A stretch of DNA of 64,000 nt from Rhodospirillales bacterium (GTDB lineage: Bacteria; Pseudomonadota; Alphaproteobacteria; Rhodospirillales; JANQFP01), in assembly GCA_028277795.1 (NCBI GenBank), contig JANQFP010000207.1:83804-147803 (forward strand), read 5' to 3'. How positions within the stretch are numbered: position 1 is the first letter of the stretch; each line of letters opens with the position of its first letter. A program made the position numbers and the translations under genes. Positions 46,675 to 54,744 of this stretch are shown here, in pieces. Under the pieces are notes generated by a model, which was given only the letters and a program-made list of their open reading frames with translations, did not search any database and was not told the DNA's origin.

Positions 46675-47722
46675 TCGCACCATGACCATCGGCGACCAGC
46701 CAATCGGCGCGGGCGCATCTCCGTTCGTGGTCGCCGAGCTTTCGGGCAACCACAACGGCGACCTCGGGCGCGCCCTGGCCCTCATGGAGGCGGCCAAGGA
46801 GGCCGGGGCCGACGCGGTCAAGCTGCAGACCTATACCCCGGACACCATGACCATAGATTGCGACCGGCCCGAGTTCCGCGTCACCGGCGGCCTATGGGAC
46901 GGATACACGCTCTATGACCTCTACCGGTGGGCTCACACGCCATGGGATTGGCATGAACCGCTGTTCGCCAAGGGCCACGACCTCGGCATCACCGTGTTCA
47001 GCACGCCGTTCGACGCCAGCGCGGTGGACTTCCTGGAGCAATTCGATCCGCCCGCCTACAAGATCGCGTCGTTCGAGAACACAGACTTAGCGCTGGTCAC
47101 GCGGGTCGTCGCCACCGGGCGCCCCGTGATTGTCTCCACCGGCATGGCGAGCTTGCGCGAGCTTGACGATCTGGTGCAGACGGCGCGCCAAGCGGGGTGC
47201 CGGGACCTGGCGTTGCTCCACTGCGTCAGCGCCTACCCGGCGCGGTCCGAGGAAGCCAACTTGCGGACCATACCCCATCTGGCCGAGGCGTTTCAGGCGG
47301 TGGTCGGCCTATCGGACCACACGCCCGGTACCGCCGTGGCGGTGGTGGCCATCGCCCTCGGCGCCGCCGTCGTGGAGAAGCACCTGACCCTCAATCGTGC
47401 CGATGGTGGGCCGGACGCCGCCTTTTCCCTGGAGCCCGACGAGCTGGCCGCCCTAGTCGCCGGTTGCCGGGACGCTCACGCCGCCTTAGGGAAGGTTAGC
47501 TATGAGAGAACAAGAAGCGAGGAGGGGAGTGTGATCTTCCGCAGGTCGGTGTTCGCGGTCGCAGACATCGCCAAGGGCGAGCCTTTCACCGAACGCAACT
47601 TGCGCGCCATACGCCCCGGCCACGGGCTCGCGCCACGGCACCTCGCGGACGTCATCGGCCGCCATGCCACCCGACCGGTCGCGCGGGGCGAGCCCTTGCG
47701 TTGGGATGCGGTCGGCGAGTAG
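46667..47722 (+). CDS. pseI: Pseudaminic acid synthase
   Basis: PFVVAELSGNHNGDLGRALALMEAAKEAGADAVKLQTY, YKIASFE, LHCVSAYP, LSDHTPG, and a C-terminal SAF domain. Canonical PseI-like sequence. Confidence 0.85.
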   Translation: MSDRTMTIGDQPIGAGASPFVVAELSGNHNGDLGRALALMEAAKEAGADAVKLQTYTPDTMTIDCDRPEFRVTGGLWDGYTLYDLYRWAHTPWDWHEPLFAKGHDLGITVFSTPFDASAVDFLEQFDPPAYKIASFENTDLALVTRVVATGRPVIVSTGMASLRELDDLVQTARQAGCRDLALLHCVSAYPARSEEANLRTIPHLAEAFQAVVGLSDHTPGTAVAVVAIALGAAVVEKHLTLNRADGGPDAAFSLEPDELAALVAGCRDAHAALGKVSYERTRSEEGSVIFRRSVFAVADIAKGEPFTERNLRAIRPGHGLAPRHLADVIGRHATRPVARGEPLRWDAVGE

Positions 47723-47745
47723 CGGCGGCAGCTGCGGAGGAGGAC

Positions 47746-48945
47746 ATGACCGAGCCACCGTTACGGACCTGCACACGGTGCGTCATGCCGGAAACGGCTG
47801 AATCGCTGGCGTTCGACGATGACGGCGTCTGTTCGGTTTGTCATCAAATCGACCACAAGCAAACGGCGATCGACTGGGCCGAGCGCGAGCGAGATATGGA
47901 CGCGCTGTTGGAAGAGCACCGCGGGCGCCACGACTACGACTGCATCGTGCCGTTCTCGGGCGGCAAGGACTCCACATTCACCCTCTGGTACCTGGTCCGC
48001 GAGAAGGGGCTCAAACCCTTGGTCGCGCGGTTCGATCACGGGTTCTTCCGGCCGCGGGTGAATGAAAACGCCCAACGGACGTTCCGTAAACTGGGCGTGG
48101 ACGTGCACCAGTTCACACCCAATAAGGAAGTGGTGCGCAAGCTCATGTTCGAGTCCCTGCGTCGCCGGGGCGACTTCTGCTGGCACTGCCACACGGGCAT
48201 CTTCTCGTATCCCATGTGGGTGGCGTTGGAGAAAGGTGTGCCGCTCCTGTTTTGGGGCGAGCCGGGCGCCGAGTATTCGTCGTTCTACGGGTACGACGAA
48301 GAGGAGCTGGCCGACGAGAAGCGGTTCAACCGCAAGATCAATCTCGGCATCAACGCCGAGGACATGCTGGGCATGCTCGACAACAGCGTGTCTGACTATC
48401 GGGTGACGGCGCGCGACCTGAAGCCGTTCACGTTCCCGCCGACGGCAGAGCTTCGGCGGCGCAATGTTCGTTCGGTGTTCCTCGGCGCTTACGTTCCTTG
48501 GGACGTGAAGAAGCAGGTTGAGATCATCAAACGGGAGTTGGGATGGCAGGGCGACGAGGTCGAAGGCGTCCCCCCAGCGTACGACTACGAAAAGATCGAG
48601 TGTTTCATGCAGGGCGTACGCGACTACATCAAGTTCCTGAAGCGGGGATTTGGGCGCACCACCCACCTATGCGCCATCGACATCCGCAACGGCCGGCTCA
48701 CGCGCGACGAGGCCATTCGCCTTGTGCAAACCTATGACGGCCGGCGGCCCGCTGCCCTCGATGTGTTCTTAGGATATCTGGGGATCTCCGAGCACGAGTT
48801 CATGCAGCTGATGGCGCCACACGTGGTGGCGCCGCACCGCATGCCGTCGGTCGACGAAATCCCGCGAGTCAATGCCGCGCCGTGGGACTTCGACCAGTGG
48901 CCGCGGATGGATGGGAATTCCAGGTGTGGCCCGAAGGTTCGGTAG
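47746..48945 (+). CDS. N-acetyl sugar amidotransferase (PP-loop, WbuX/PseA/LfnA family)
   Basis: CTRCVMPET...DDDGVCSVC zinc-ribbon N-terminus and PP-loop VPFSGGKDST. SD ggaggagga lies before ATG 47746. Confidence 0.8.
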   Translation: MTEPPLRTCTRCVMPETAESLAFDDDGVCSVCHQIDHKQTAIDWAERERDMDALLEEHRGRHDYDCIVPFSGGKDSTFTLWYLVREKGLKPLVARFDHGFFRPRVNENAQRTFRKLGVDVHQFTPNKEVVRKLMFESLRRRGDFCWHCHTGIFSYPMWVALEKGVPLLFWGEPGAEYSSFYGYDEEELADEKRFNRKINLGINAEDMLGMLDNSVSDYRVTARDLKPFTFPPTAELRRRNVRSVFLGAYVPWDVKKQVEIIKRELGWQGDEVEGVPPAYDYEKIECFMQGVRDYIKFLKRGFGRTTHLCAIDIRNGRLTRDEAIRLVQTYDGRRPAALDVFLGYLGISEHEFMQLMAPHVVAPHRMPSVDEIPRVNAAPWDFDQWPRMDGNSRCGPKVR

Positions 48946-48958
48946 CGCCTGAGGCGTT

Positions 48959-49588
48959 GTGCGTGTCATTGTCGTCGACTACGGCGCCGGGAACGTCGAA
49001 TCGGTCCGCCGGGCCGTCTGGCTGGCCGGCTTCGATCCGGAGATCTCGTCGGCGCCGGAGGAGGTGTTGGCCGCCGACCGGATCATCCTTCCGGGCGTCG
49101 GGGCGGCGGGGCGAGCCGTCGCGGCGCTCCGTGCCCGGGGGCTCGACGAGGCGCTCGACGAAGCGGTGTGCCGGCGCGGCCGTCCTATGTTGGGGATCTG
49201 CCTCGGCATGCAATTGCTGGCCGAGACGTTGTACGAGTTCGGGTGCCATCGGGGGCTGGGGTGGATCCCGGGATCCGTGGTCCCGATGCGTGACGTGATC
49301 GGGGATGGGCTCCGTGTCCCGCACATGGGATGGAACAGCGTCACCGCCACCGATACCGGTGCGATGTTCTTCCCCGGCAGCCGCGAGCCCGGCCATTTCT
49401 ATTTCGCCCACTCCTACGCCCTCGACGTCCGGCCGGAGGACCCGATAGCGGCCGCGACCGTGATATATGGCAGGACGATGGTGGCGGCTGTCCGGTGGAA
49501 CGCTGTGTTCGCCACCCAGTTCCACCCGGAAAAGAGCCAGGACAGCGGCGAAAGGCTTTTGGGGGCGTTTTTCGACTGGGCGCCATGA
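48959..49588 (+). CDS. Glutamine amidotransferase, HisH paralog (WbuY-like)
   Basis: VIVVDYGAGNV, GICLGMQLL (catalytic Cys), HMGWN, FYFAHSY, QFHPEKS. Confidence 0.85.
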   Translation: MRVIVVDYGAGNVESVRRAVWLAGFDPEISSAPEEVLAADRIILPGVGAAGRAVAALRARGLDEALDEAVCRRGRPMLGICLGMQLLAETLYEFGCHRGLGWIPGSVVPMRDVIGDGLRVPHMGWNSVTATDTGAMFFPGSREPGHFYFAHSYALDVRPEDPIAAATVIYGRTMVAAVRWNAVFATQFHPEKSQDSGERLLGAFFDWAP

Positions 49589-49589
49589 C

Positions 49590-50342
49590 GTGCTCACGCA
49601 GCGCCTGATCCCCGGCCTCCTCCTGCGAGGCGGGCGCTTGGCGAAGGGAGAGCGGTTCGCGTCGTACCAGGACGCCGGCCTGCCCCATACCACCGCCCGC
49701 GCCTACATCGCACAGGGCGCCGACGAGATCCTGCTGCTTGACGTGGACGCATCGCGGGTGGGGCGCGGGCCCGATCTGGATGCCGTTCGGGCGGTGGCGG
49801 CCGAGTGCCAGGTGCCTCTGACCGTCGGCGGCGGCATACGCACGGTGGCGGACGGGCACGCCTGCATGGCTGCGGGCGCCGACAAGTTGTGCGTGACCAT
49901 GACGGCCCTGGACCGGTCGGACCTGATCACGGAGCTGGCGGAGATTTTTGGCAGTCAGGCAGTCGTTCTCGGGATCGACGTGCTGACCGACGATGGTGCG
50001 CGCCGGCTCTACGACCATCGAAATGGCGACATGGTCGGCCGGGATCCCCTAGCGTGGGCGCGTGACGGTATTGCACGGGGGGCCGGCGAGATCCGTCTGA
50101 TGGCCGTCGACCGCGAAGGCACGCGTCGCGGCATGGATCTTGACCTGCTCGAAGCGGTCCGCCACGCTGTCCAGGTGCCGATCGTTCTCGAAGGAGGGGC
50201 CGGAACACTGGAGCACCTGGATGCCGCGTTCGCGGCCGGCGCCGATGGCGTCGCCGTCGGCACCATGCTGGTGTTCTCCGACAACAACCTAGTGAAGATC
50301 AAACGCTACCTGGCCGACCGCGGCCGCAACGTGCGGGCGTGA
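49590..50342 (+). CDS. Cyclase/ammonia-channel subunit, HisF paralog (WbuZ-like)
   Basis: RLIPGLLLRGGRLAKG, DEILLLDVDAS, LTVGGGIRT, and GADGVAVGTMLVF at the C-terminus. GTG 49590 lies 2 nt after the hisH-like stop. Confidence 0.8.
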   Translation: MLTQRLIPGLLLRGGRLAKGERFASYQDAGLPHTTARAYIAQGADEILLLDVDASRVGRGPDLDAVRAVAAECQVPLTVGGGIRTVADGHACMAAGADKLCVTMTALDRSDLITELAEIFGSQAVVLGIDVLTDDGARRLYDHRNGDMVGRDPLAWARDGIARGAGEIRLMAVDREGTRRGMDLDLLEAVRHAVQVPIVLEGGAGTLEHLDAAFAAGADGVAVGTMLVFSDNNLVKIKRYLADRGRNVRA

Positions 50343-50399
50343 GGGGGCATCATCCTGCTGGCCAAGCCCATCCTGACCGACCGACTTGTCCTACGCGCG

Positions 50400-50912
50400 T
50401 TGACGGCGGCGGACGCCTATGGCCCCTATGCCGGTTGGATGGGCGATGACGAGGTGATCCGCTTCCTTGAGGTGCGATTCCGGCCGCGGGACGCGGATGC
50501 GCTCGCCGCCTATATCACGCGCATGAACGACAGCGCCGACAATCTGTTCCTCGGCCTATTCCTTAAGTCCGACGGTCGCCACGTGGGCAACATCAAGCTC
50601 GGGCCGATCCATCCCATCCACAAACGCGCCGACATCGGCACCGTCATCGGCGAGCGTAGCCAGTGGGGACATGGATTGGCGGCGGAGGCCATTGCGGCCG
50701 TAACGCGCCATGCCTTCGAAAGGCTGGGGCTGCACCGCGTCGCGGCTGGATGCTACGCCTCCAATGTGGGCTCGCTTTCGGCCTATCGAAAAGCGGGGTT
50801 CAGCCTCGAGGGCACACTCGTGGGCCATTGGCTGACCGACGGTGGCTGGGAAGACGAAATTCTGCTCGGCCGCGTCAATCCCAAAGGGCGGGAGAGGACC
50901 GGTGATCGCTGA
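50400..50912 (+). CDS. GNAT-family N-acetyltransferase (RimJ/RimL-like)
   Basis: GNAT core (WGHGLAAEAIAAVTRHAFERLGLHRVAAGCYASNVGSLSAYRKAGF). The track start is TTG 50400, but the conserved N-terminal strand (ILTDRLVLRAL) is encoded upstream, in frame, with no ATG/GTG/TTG available (see findings). Confidence 0.7.
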   Translation: MTAADAYGPYAGWMGDDEVIRFLEVRFRPRDADALAAYITRMNDSADNLFLGLFLKSDGRHVGNIKLGPIHPIHKRADIGTVIGERSQWGHGLAAEAIAAVTRHAFERLGLHRVAAGCYASNVGSLSAYRKAGFSLEGTLVGHWLTDGGWEDEILLGRVNPKGRERTGDR

Positions 50913-51990
50913 GTCTTTGACACCGCGGCGGTTCGACCACGTGACCGACGTTGTTCTCATCGGCGGCGGCGACCTCCTGCTCTTCGTTGCTCAATTGGCG
51001 ATGCACATGGGTTGGACGGTCCGTGTCGTGGTCGCGCCCCGTCACGCCGCAACCGTCCTGCCACTCGCCGGCCAGACGCTGACGAAGGCCCTCGACGACT
51101 TAGGCATGCCGGTCTTCGAAACGGCAGACATCAACCGCTGGGCCGGCATTGCCGAAGCGGTCCCCCGGCCCGGATCCAGCCTCGCACTCTGTTTCGGCCC
51201 AGCCTGGATCTTCTCGCAGGAAGTCTGCGCTTGGTTCAACGCCGGCATGATCAACTACAACGGCATTCCCATCCCGCGTTATCTCGGCGGGGCCCACTAC
51301 ACGTGGCAGATCCTCAACGGGGATCGGACGGGCGGGTGCGTTCTTCAGGAAATCACGGAGCGGCTCGACCGTGGTCCGATCCTCCGGTCTCACGCCTTCC
51401 TGCATCCGCCGGGTGTCCGAATCCCGCGCGACTATTACCGATCCAATTACGACGAAGGCCGCCTTTTCATGAAGACCGCATTGGCTGACATGCGCACCGG
51501 CGTTCCCTTCCCGCCCCAGCCGTTCCATGCCCTGGAGGCGGATCGTCTCTACTTCCCGCGGCTGATTACTGTCGAGCATGGGTACATCGACTGGTCCTGG
51601 ACTGCCGAGGAGATCGAACGGTTCTGCTGCGCCTTCGACGATCCCTATCCGGGCGCCGCGACATTCGTGGAGGGTACCCTCGTCCGGCTCGCGGGCGTAA
51701 GGCGCCCCGACGAACGAGAGGCGGGCGAGCCCCAGCATCCATACTGCAGCGGGCTCGTCATCAGGCGCGTGGGCGATCAGGCATGGGTGGCCGCGGGTAA
51801 CGGCACGCTCGTGCTGGGCACGGTCAGGCGGGAAGACGGCAGCGACGGCATGACGCTCGTCAAGGAAGGCCGTCGGCTTTATACGCCTCGGGTGCAACTG
51901 GATCACGCGCTTGCGTTTCGGCCCCGGCTGAGCGGCCGTGGCGTGGAGCGGCCATCCCACGAAGCGGCCAGTGCTCTTCGCGGTGGATGA
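50902..51990 (+). CDS. Formyltransferase-fold protein (Fmt-like, with C-terminal domain)
   Basis: Rossmann-like N-terminus (VVLIGGGDLL). NYNGIPIPRYLGGAHYTWQI corresponds to the Fmt HxSLLPxxRG region in degenerate form. Fmt_C-like C-terminus. GTG 50902 follows SD ggagagga. Confidence 0.6.
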   Translation: MIAESLTPRRFDHVTDVVLIGGGDLLLFVAQLAMHMGWTVRVVVAPRHAATVLPLAGQTLTKALDDLGMPVFETADINRWAGIAEAVPRPGSSLALCFGPAWIFSQEVCAWFNAGMINYNGIPIPRYLGGAHYTWQILNGDRTGGCVLQEITERLDRGPILRSHAFLHPPGVRIPRDYYRSNYDEGRLFMKTALADMRTGVPFPPQPFHALEADRLYFPRLITVEHGYIDWSWTAEEIERFCCAFDDPYPGAATFVEGTLVRLAGVRRPDEREAGEPQHPYCSGLVIRRVGDQAWVAAGNGTLVLGTVRREDGSDGMTLVKEGRRLYTPRVQLDHALAFRPRLSGRGVERPSHEAASALRGG

Positions 51991-53302
51991 CCTCCTTGCC
52001 AGGGTACGGCGTCTCTTCCCGTTCGCCTACTCGGTTGCTGGGGCGGGCAACGACGCGGCCGTTCCCGTGTTGCAGTCGGAACTCCCGTCGTTCACGGTCG
52101 ATGAATATCCGGCGGGAAGCGAGCTCAACGGATGGGTGATTAGTCCACCATGGACCGTCGACAAGGCGACCATCCACAAGAACGGAGCGCTGATCTACGA
52201 CGGCCTCGTTTCACCGCTCGGGGTTATCACGCAATCGGAGTCGTTTTCGGGAACGGTCACCCTGGACACTTTGAAGCGCCACCTGTTCTACGCCGAGCAC
52301 GCCCCCCACGCGGTCGTCTATCACTGCCAGCAGCTTTACCGCACCGGCGAGCGCAGTTGGGGGTTTTGCGTACCCCAACGCCTGTTCGAGGCGCTGACCC
52401 CGGGGGATTACCAGGTCGAGCTGGTCACCCGGCGGTCCGCCGGCACCATGAAGGTTCTGGATGCCCTGCTGCCGGGCGCCAGCACCCAAACCATCGTCTT
52501 CAATGCGCACAACTGCCACCCGTTCCAGGCGAACGACGATATCTCCGGGGTGGCTGTGGGAATCGAGGTGATGCGGCGCTTGGCCGAGCGGCCGGACCGG
52601 CGGCTGACCTACCGCCTGGTCGTGGCACCGGAACTGATCGGCACTACATTCTGGTTGCACGGCCTCGGAGCCGAGGCCCGTGATCTTGCCGGCGCGATTC
52701 TTCTCAAGGCCGTCGGCAATGCGGCCGATCTTCGCCTGCAGGCGAGTTTCACCGGCACCAGCCGGCTCGACAACGCGGCCCACCACGCGTTCCGGCATCG
52801 GTATGGCACCTACGACAGCGGGTCGTTCCGCACCGTGTACGGAAACGACGAAACGGTCTTCGAGGCGCCCGGCTACGAGATCCCGACGGTGTCGCTCACC
52901 CGCTATCCGTTTCCCACCTATCACACCGATCGCGACACGCCGAACACCCTGAGCGAGGAACGCCTGCAAGATACCGTCGCAGCCACGTTGGATATCTGCA
53001 CGGCCCTGGAGTGCGACGTGGCCTACCGGCGCCGGTTCGAGGGCTTGGTCTGCCTGTCCCACCCCCGGTACGACCTGTATCAGCCGGTGTGGGAGGCGAG
53101 CCTCAGGGACGGCCCGGGACGGGACGCCGATCGCCGATGGAACCGCCTGATGACCGAGTTGCCCCGTCTGCTCGACGGTCGCACGCCGTTACTCGATATC
53201 GCCGATCGCGTCGGGCTACCGGCGGGCGATGTCGCGGCCTACGTCGCCCGATGGGTCGACAAGGGGCTGGCCGAACCGGTCGGCGGACCTGTTGTCGACT
53301 GA
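51971..53302 (+). CDS. DUF4910/DUF2172 aminopeptidase-like (M28-fold) protein, copy 2
   Basis: LLARVRRLFPFAYSVAGAGND...EYPAGSELNGWVISPPWTV...QANDDISGVAV...RLVVAPELIGT parallels copy 1 at 36438-37742. The start is ambiguous (GTG at 51938, 51971 or 51983). Confidence 0.65.
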   Translation: MLFAVDDLLARVRRLFPFAYSVAGAGNDAAVPVLQSELPSFTVDEYPAGSELNGWVISPPWTVDKATIHKNGALIYDGLVSPLGVITQSESFSGTVTLDTLKRHLFYAEHAPHAVVYHCQQLYRTGERSWGFCVPQRLFEALTPGDYQVELVTRRSAGTMKVLDALLPGASTQTIVFNAHNCHPFQANDDISGVAVGIEVMRRLAERPDRRLTYRLVVAPELIGTTFWLHGLGAEARDLAGAILLKAVGNAADLRLQASFTGTSRLDNAAHHAFRHRYGTYDSGSFRTVYGNDETVFEAPGYEIPTVSLTRYPFPTYHTDRDTPNTLSEERLQDTVAATLDICTALECDVAYRRRFEGLVCLSHPRYDLYQPVWEASLRDGPGRDADRRWNRLMTELPRLLDGRTPLLDIADRVGLPAGDVAAYVARWVDKGLAEPVGGPVVD

Positions 53303-54547
53303 GTCTCCGTCCGCCAGCCGCGCCTTTGTTTCGGCCAGGATGCGTGTGCACACCCGCCCGTCGACAGGGCCGACATACCTCTCCCTGAACGATTTGAGGG
53401 CGTCACCATCGGCTCGGTAGTCGTCCAGCGACCGACTACCGAAGTCCCGGATGAAACTCTCCGCGGAAACGCTCCACACCAGGCCGGGATGGTTCCCGTA
53501 ACTGTTGACGTAGTCCTCGTACATCTCCAGCTCCGGCCAGTGGGGATAAGCCTTCTCGGGAATGAGCGCCGTCACGTAAGGCGTTCCCGCCGCTGCCGCT
53601 TCTATGACGCAGTGGGATGGGTAGACGCAGACGGCGAGGTCGACGGCCTGCATTGCGGTGAGTAGCGGCAAGGGGTACTCGCTGTCTAGCGCAAGGACCG
53701 CGTCGGCGACGGACATCTCGTCACGGCTGAACCGCATGCCGCCGACCCTGTTCTTCACCCGCCGCGGCAGCAGCAGGAGTTGGGCCTTGTTGGAATCGCA
53801 GAAGGCGCGCAGGGTTTCGAGGACCCGCCGCTCGCCTGCCGGTTCGTGGAGGGCCTCGCGAATCGCCGCCAGGGACCGGCCACGGACCGCAGCCCGAACC
53901 GCGCGCTCGGCGGGGCTACCGACGCACCACACATGGCGGTACCAGGGCGTGACCATCTCGTAGTTGTCTGAATGGAATCGGTAGGAATCGGGTATGTACC
54001 CGATGACCGGATGGTCCGGGTCCAGCCCGCAGGTGCGCAACGTCGTTGCGCGATCGGAGAGTTTCAGGGAATCGGAGCGGACGAAGCCGACGAAGCACGA
54101 CCGCTCTGCGAGATGCTCCGGCGACGCGACTTGGCGGCGAATCGCCTCGTCAAACTGATGGCTGGCGGGCCAGAATATCAGGTCGGCATCGTCGAATCGG
54201 GATGCAGTTAGCTGGCTGTGACGGGCGTCGTACACGACACACCACAGAGGCAGACCATTGACATGATCCTCACCCACCGCCAGGCACCGACCCACCAGGG
54301 AGAAGACGGCATCGAAGCTCGCCAAGCGCCTCGCCATAGCCTCTCCCGACTCACAGGTGATGTACTGGCATCGGCCTCGGATGCGGTCTGGAACCGTGTC
54401 CAGAGTCGGGCCGGGCTTGTGAGGGTCGACGATGTTCTCAAGAACCACTGTCACGGCCAATTCGGAGTCCTCGATCGCAGCCTCGATGACCGGGCCGACG
54501 GTTCGGTACCATGAGGCGCGTTTGACGAGGATTGCGACGTGCCGCAT
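53216..54547 (-). CDS. Uncharacterised GT-B-like transferase (no family recognised)
   Basis: 443-aa ORF with normal amino-acid composition and two Rossmann-like halves. The C-terminal half (AVDLAVCVYPSHCVIEAAAAGTPYVTAL) resembles the donor-binding domain of GT-B enzymes. Its 3' end overlaps the convergent DUF4910 gene by 87 nt. Confidence 0.5.
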   Translation of the reverse strand: MRHVAILVKRASWYRTVGPVIEAAIEDSELAVTVVLENIVDPHKPGPTLDTVPDRIRGRCQYITCESGEAMARRLASFDAVFSLVGRCLAVGEDHVNGLPLWCVVYDARHSQLTASRFDDADLIFWPASHQFDEAIRRQVASPEHLAERSCFVGFVRSDSLKLSDRATTLRTCGLDPDHPVIGYIPDSYRFHSDNYEMVTPWYRHVWCVGSPAERAVRAAVRGRSLAAIREALHEPAGERRVLETLRAFCDSNKAQLLLLPRRVKNRVGGMRFSRDEMSVADAVLALDSEYPLPLLTAMQAVDLAVCVYPSHCVIEAAAAGTPYVTALIPEKAYPHWPELEMYEDYVNSYGNHPGLVWSVSAESFIRDFGSRSLDDYRADGDALKSFRERYVGPVDGRVCTRILAETKARLADGDSVDNRSADRFGQPLVDPSGDVGRDIARR

Positions 54548-54744
54548 AAGACAAGTGTTCCAGTGGTGAAAAACGCCCTATTGCGAAAGTATTGGATTCT
54601 TACTGCGAACCATGGGCCCGTCAAGAGAGCCTAGTAAGAGAGACAAGATAAAGCGATATTCGCGTTATTGATGCAACACAATTGGCACCAATTGCTGGGC
54701 GTTCGGCCGATTGGCGCAGACCCTTACTTCGCTCTCATTCGATC

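Noticed and set aside
54683-54696. TGGCAC-caat-TGCT, a sigma54-like -24/-12 element upstream of the sulfotransferase
   Set aside because: The GG-to-GC spacing is 10 nt instead of the strictly required 12 nt. It also lies inside the alternative TTG-start reading frame.
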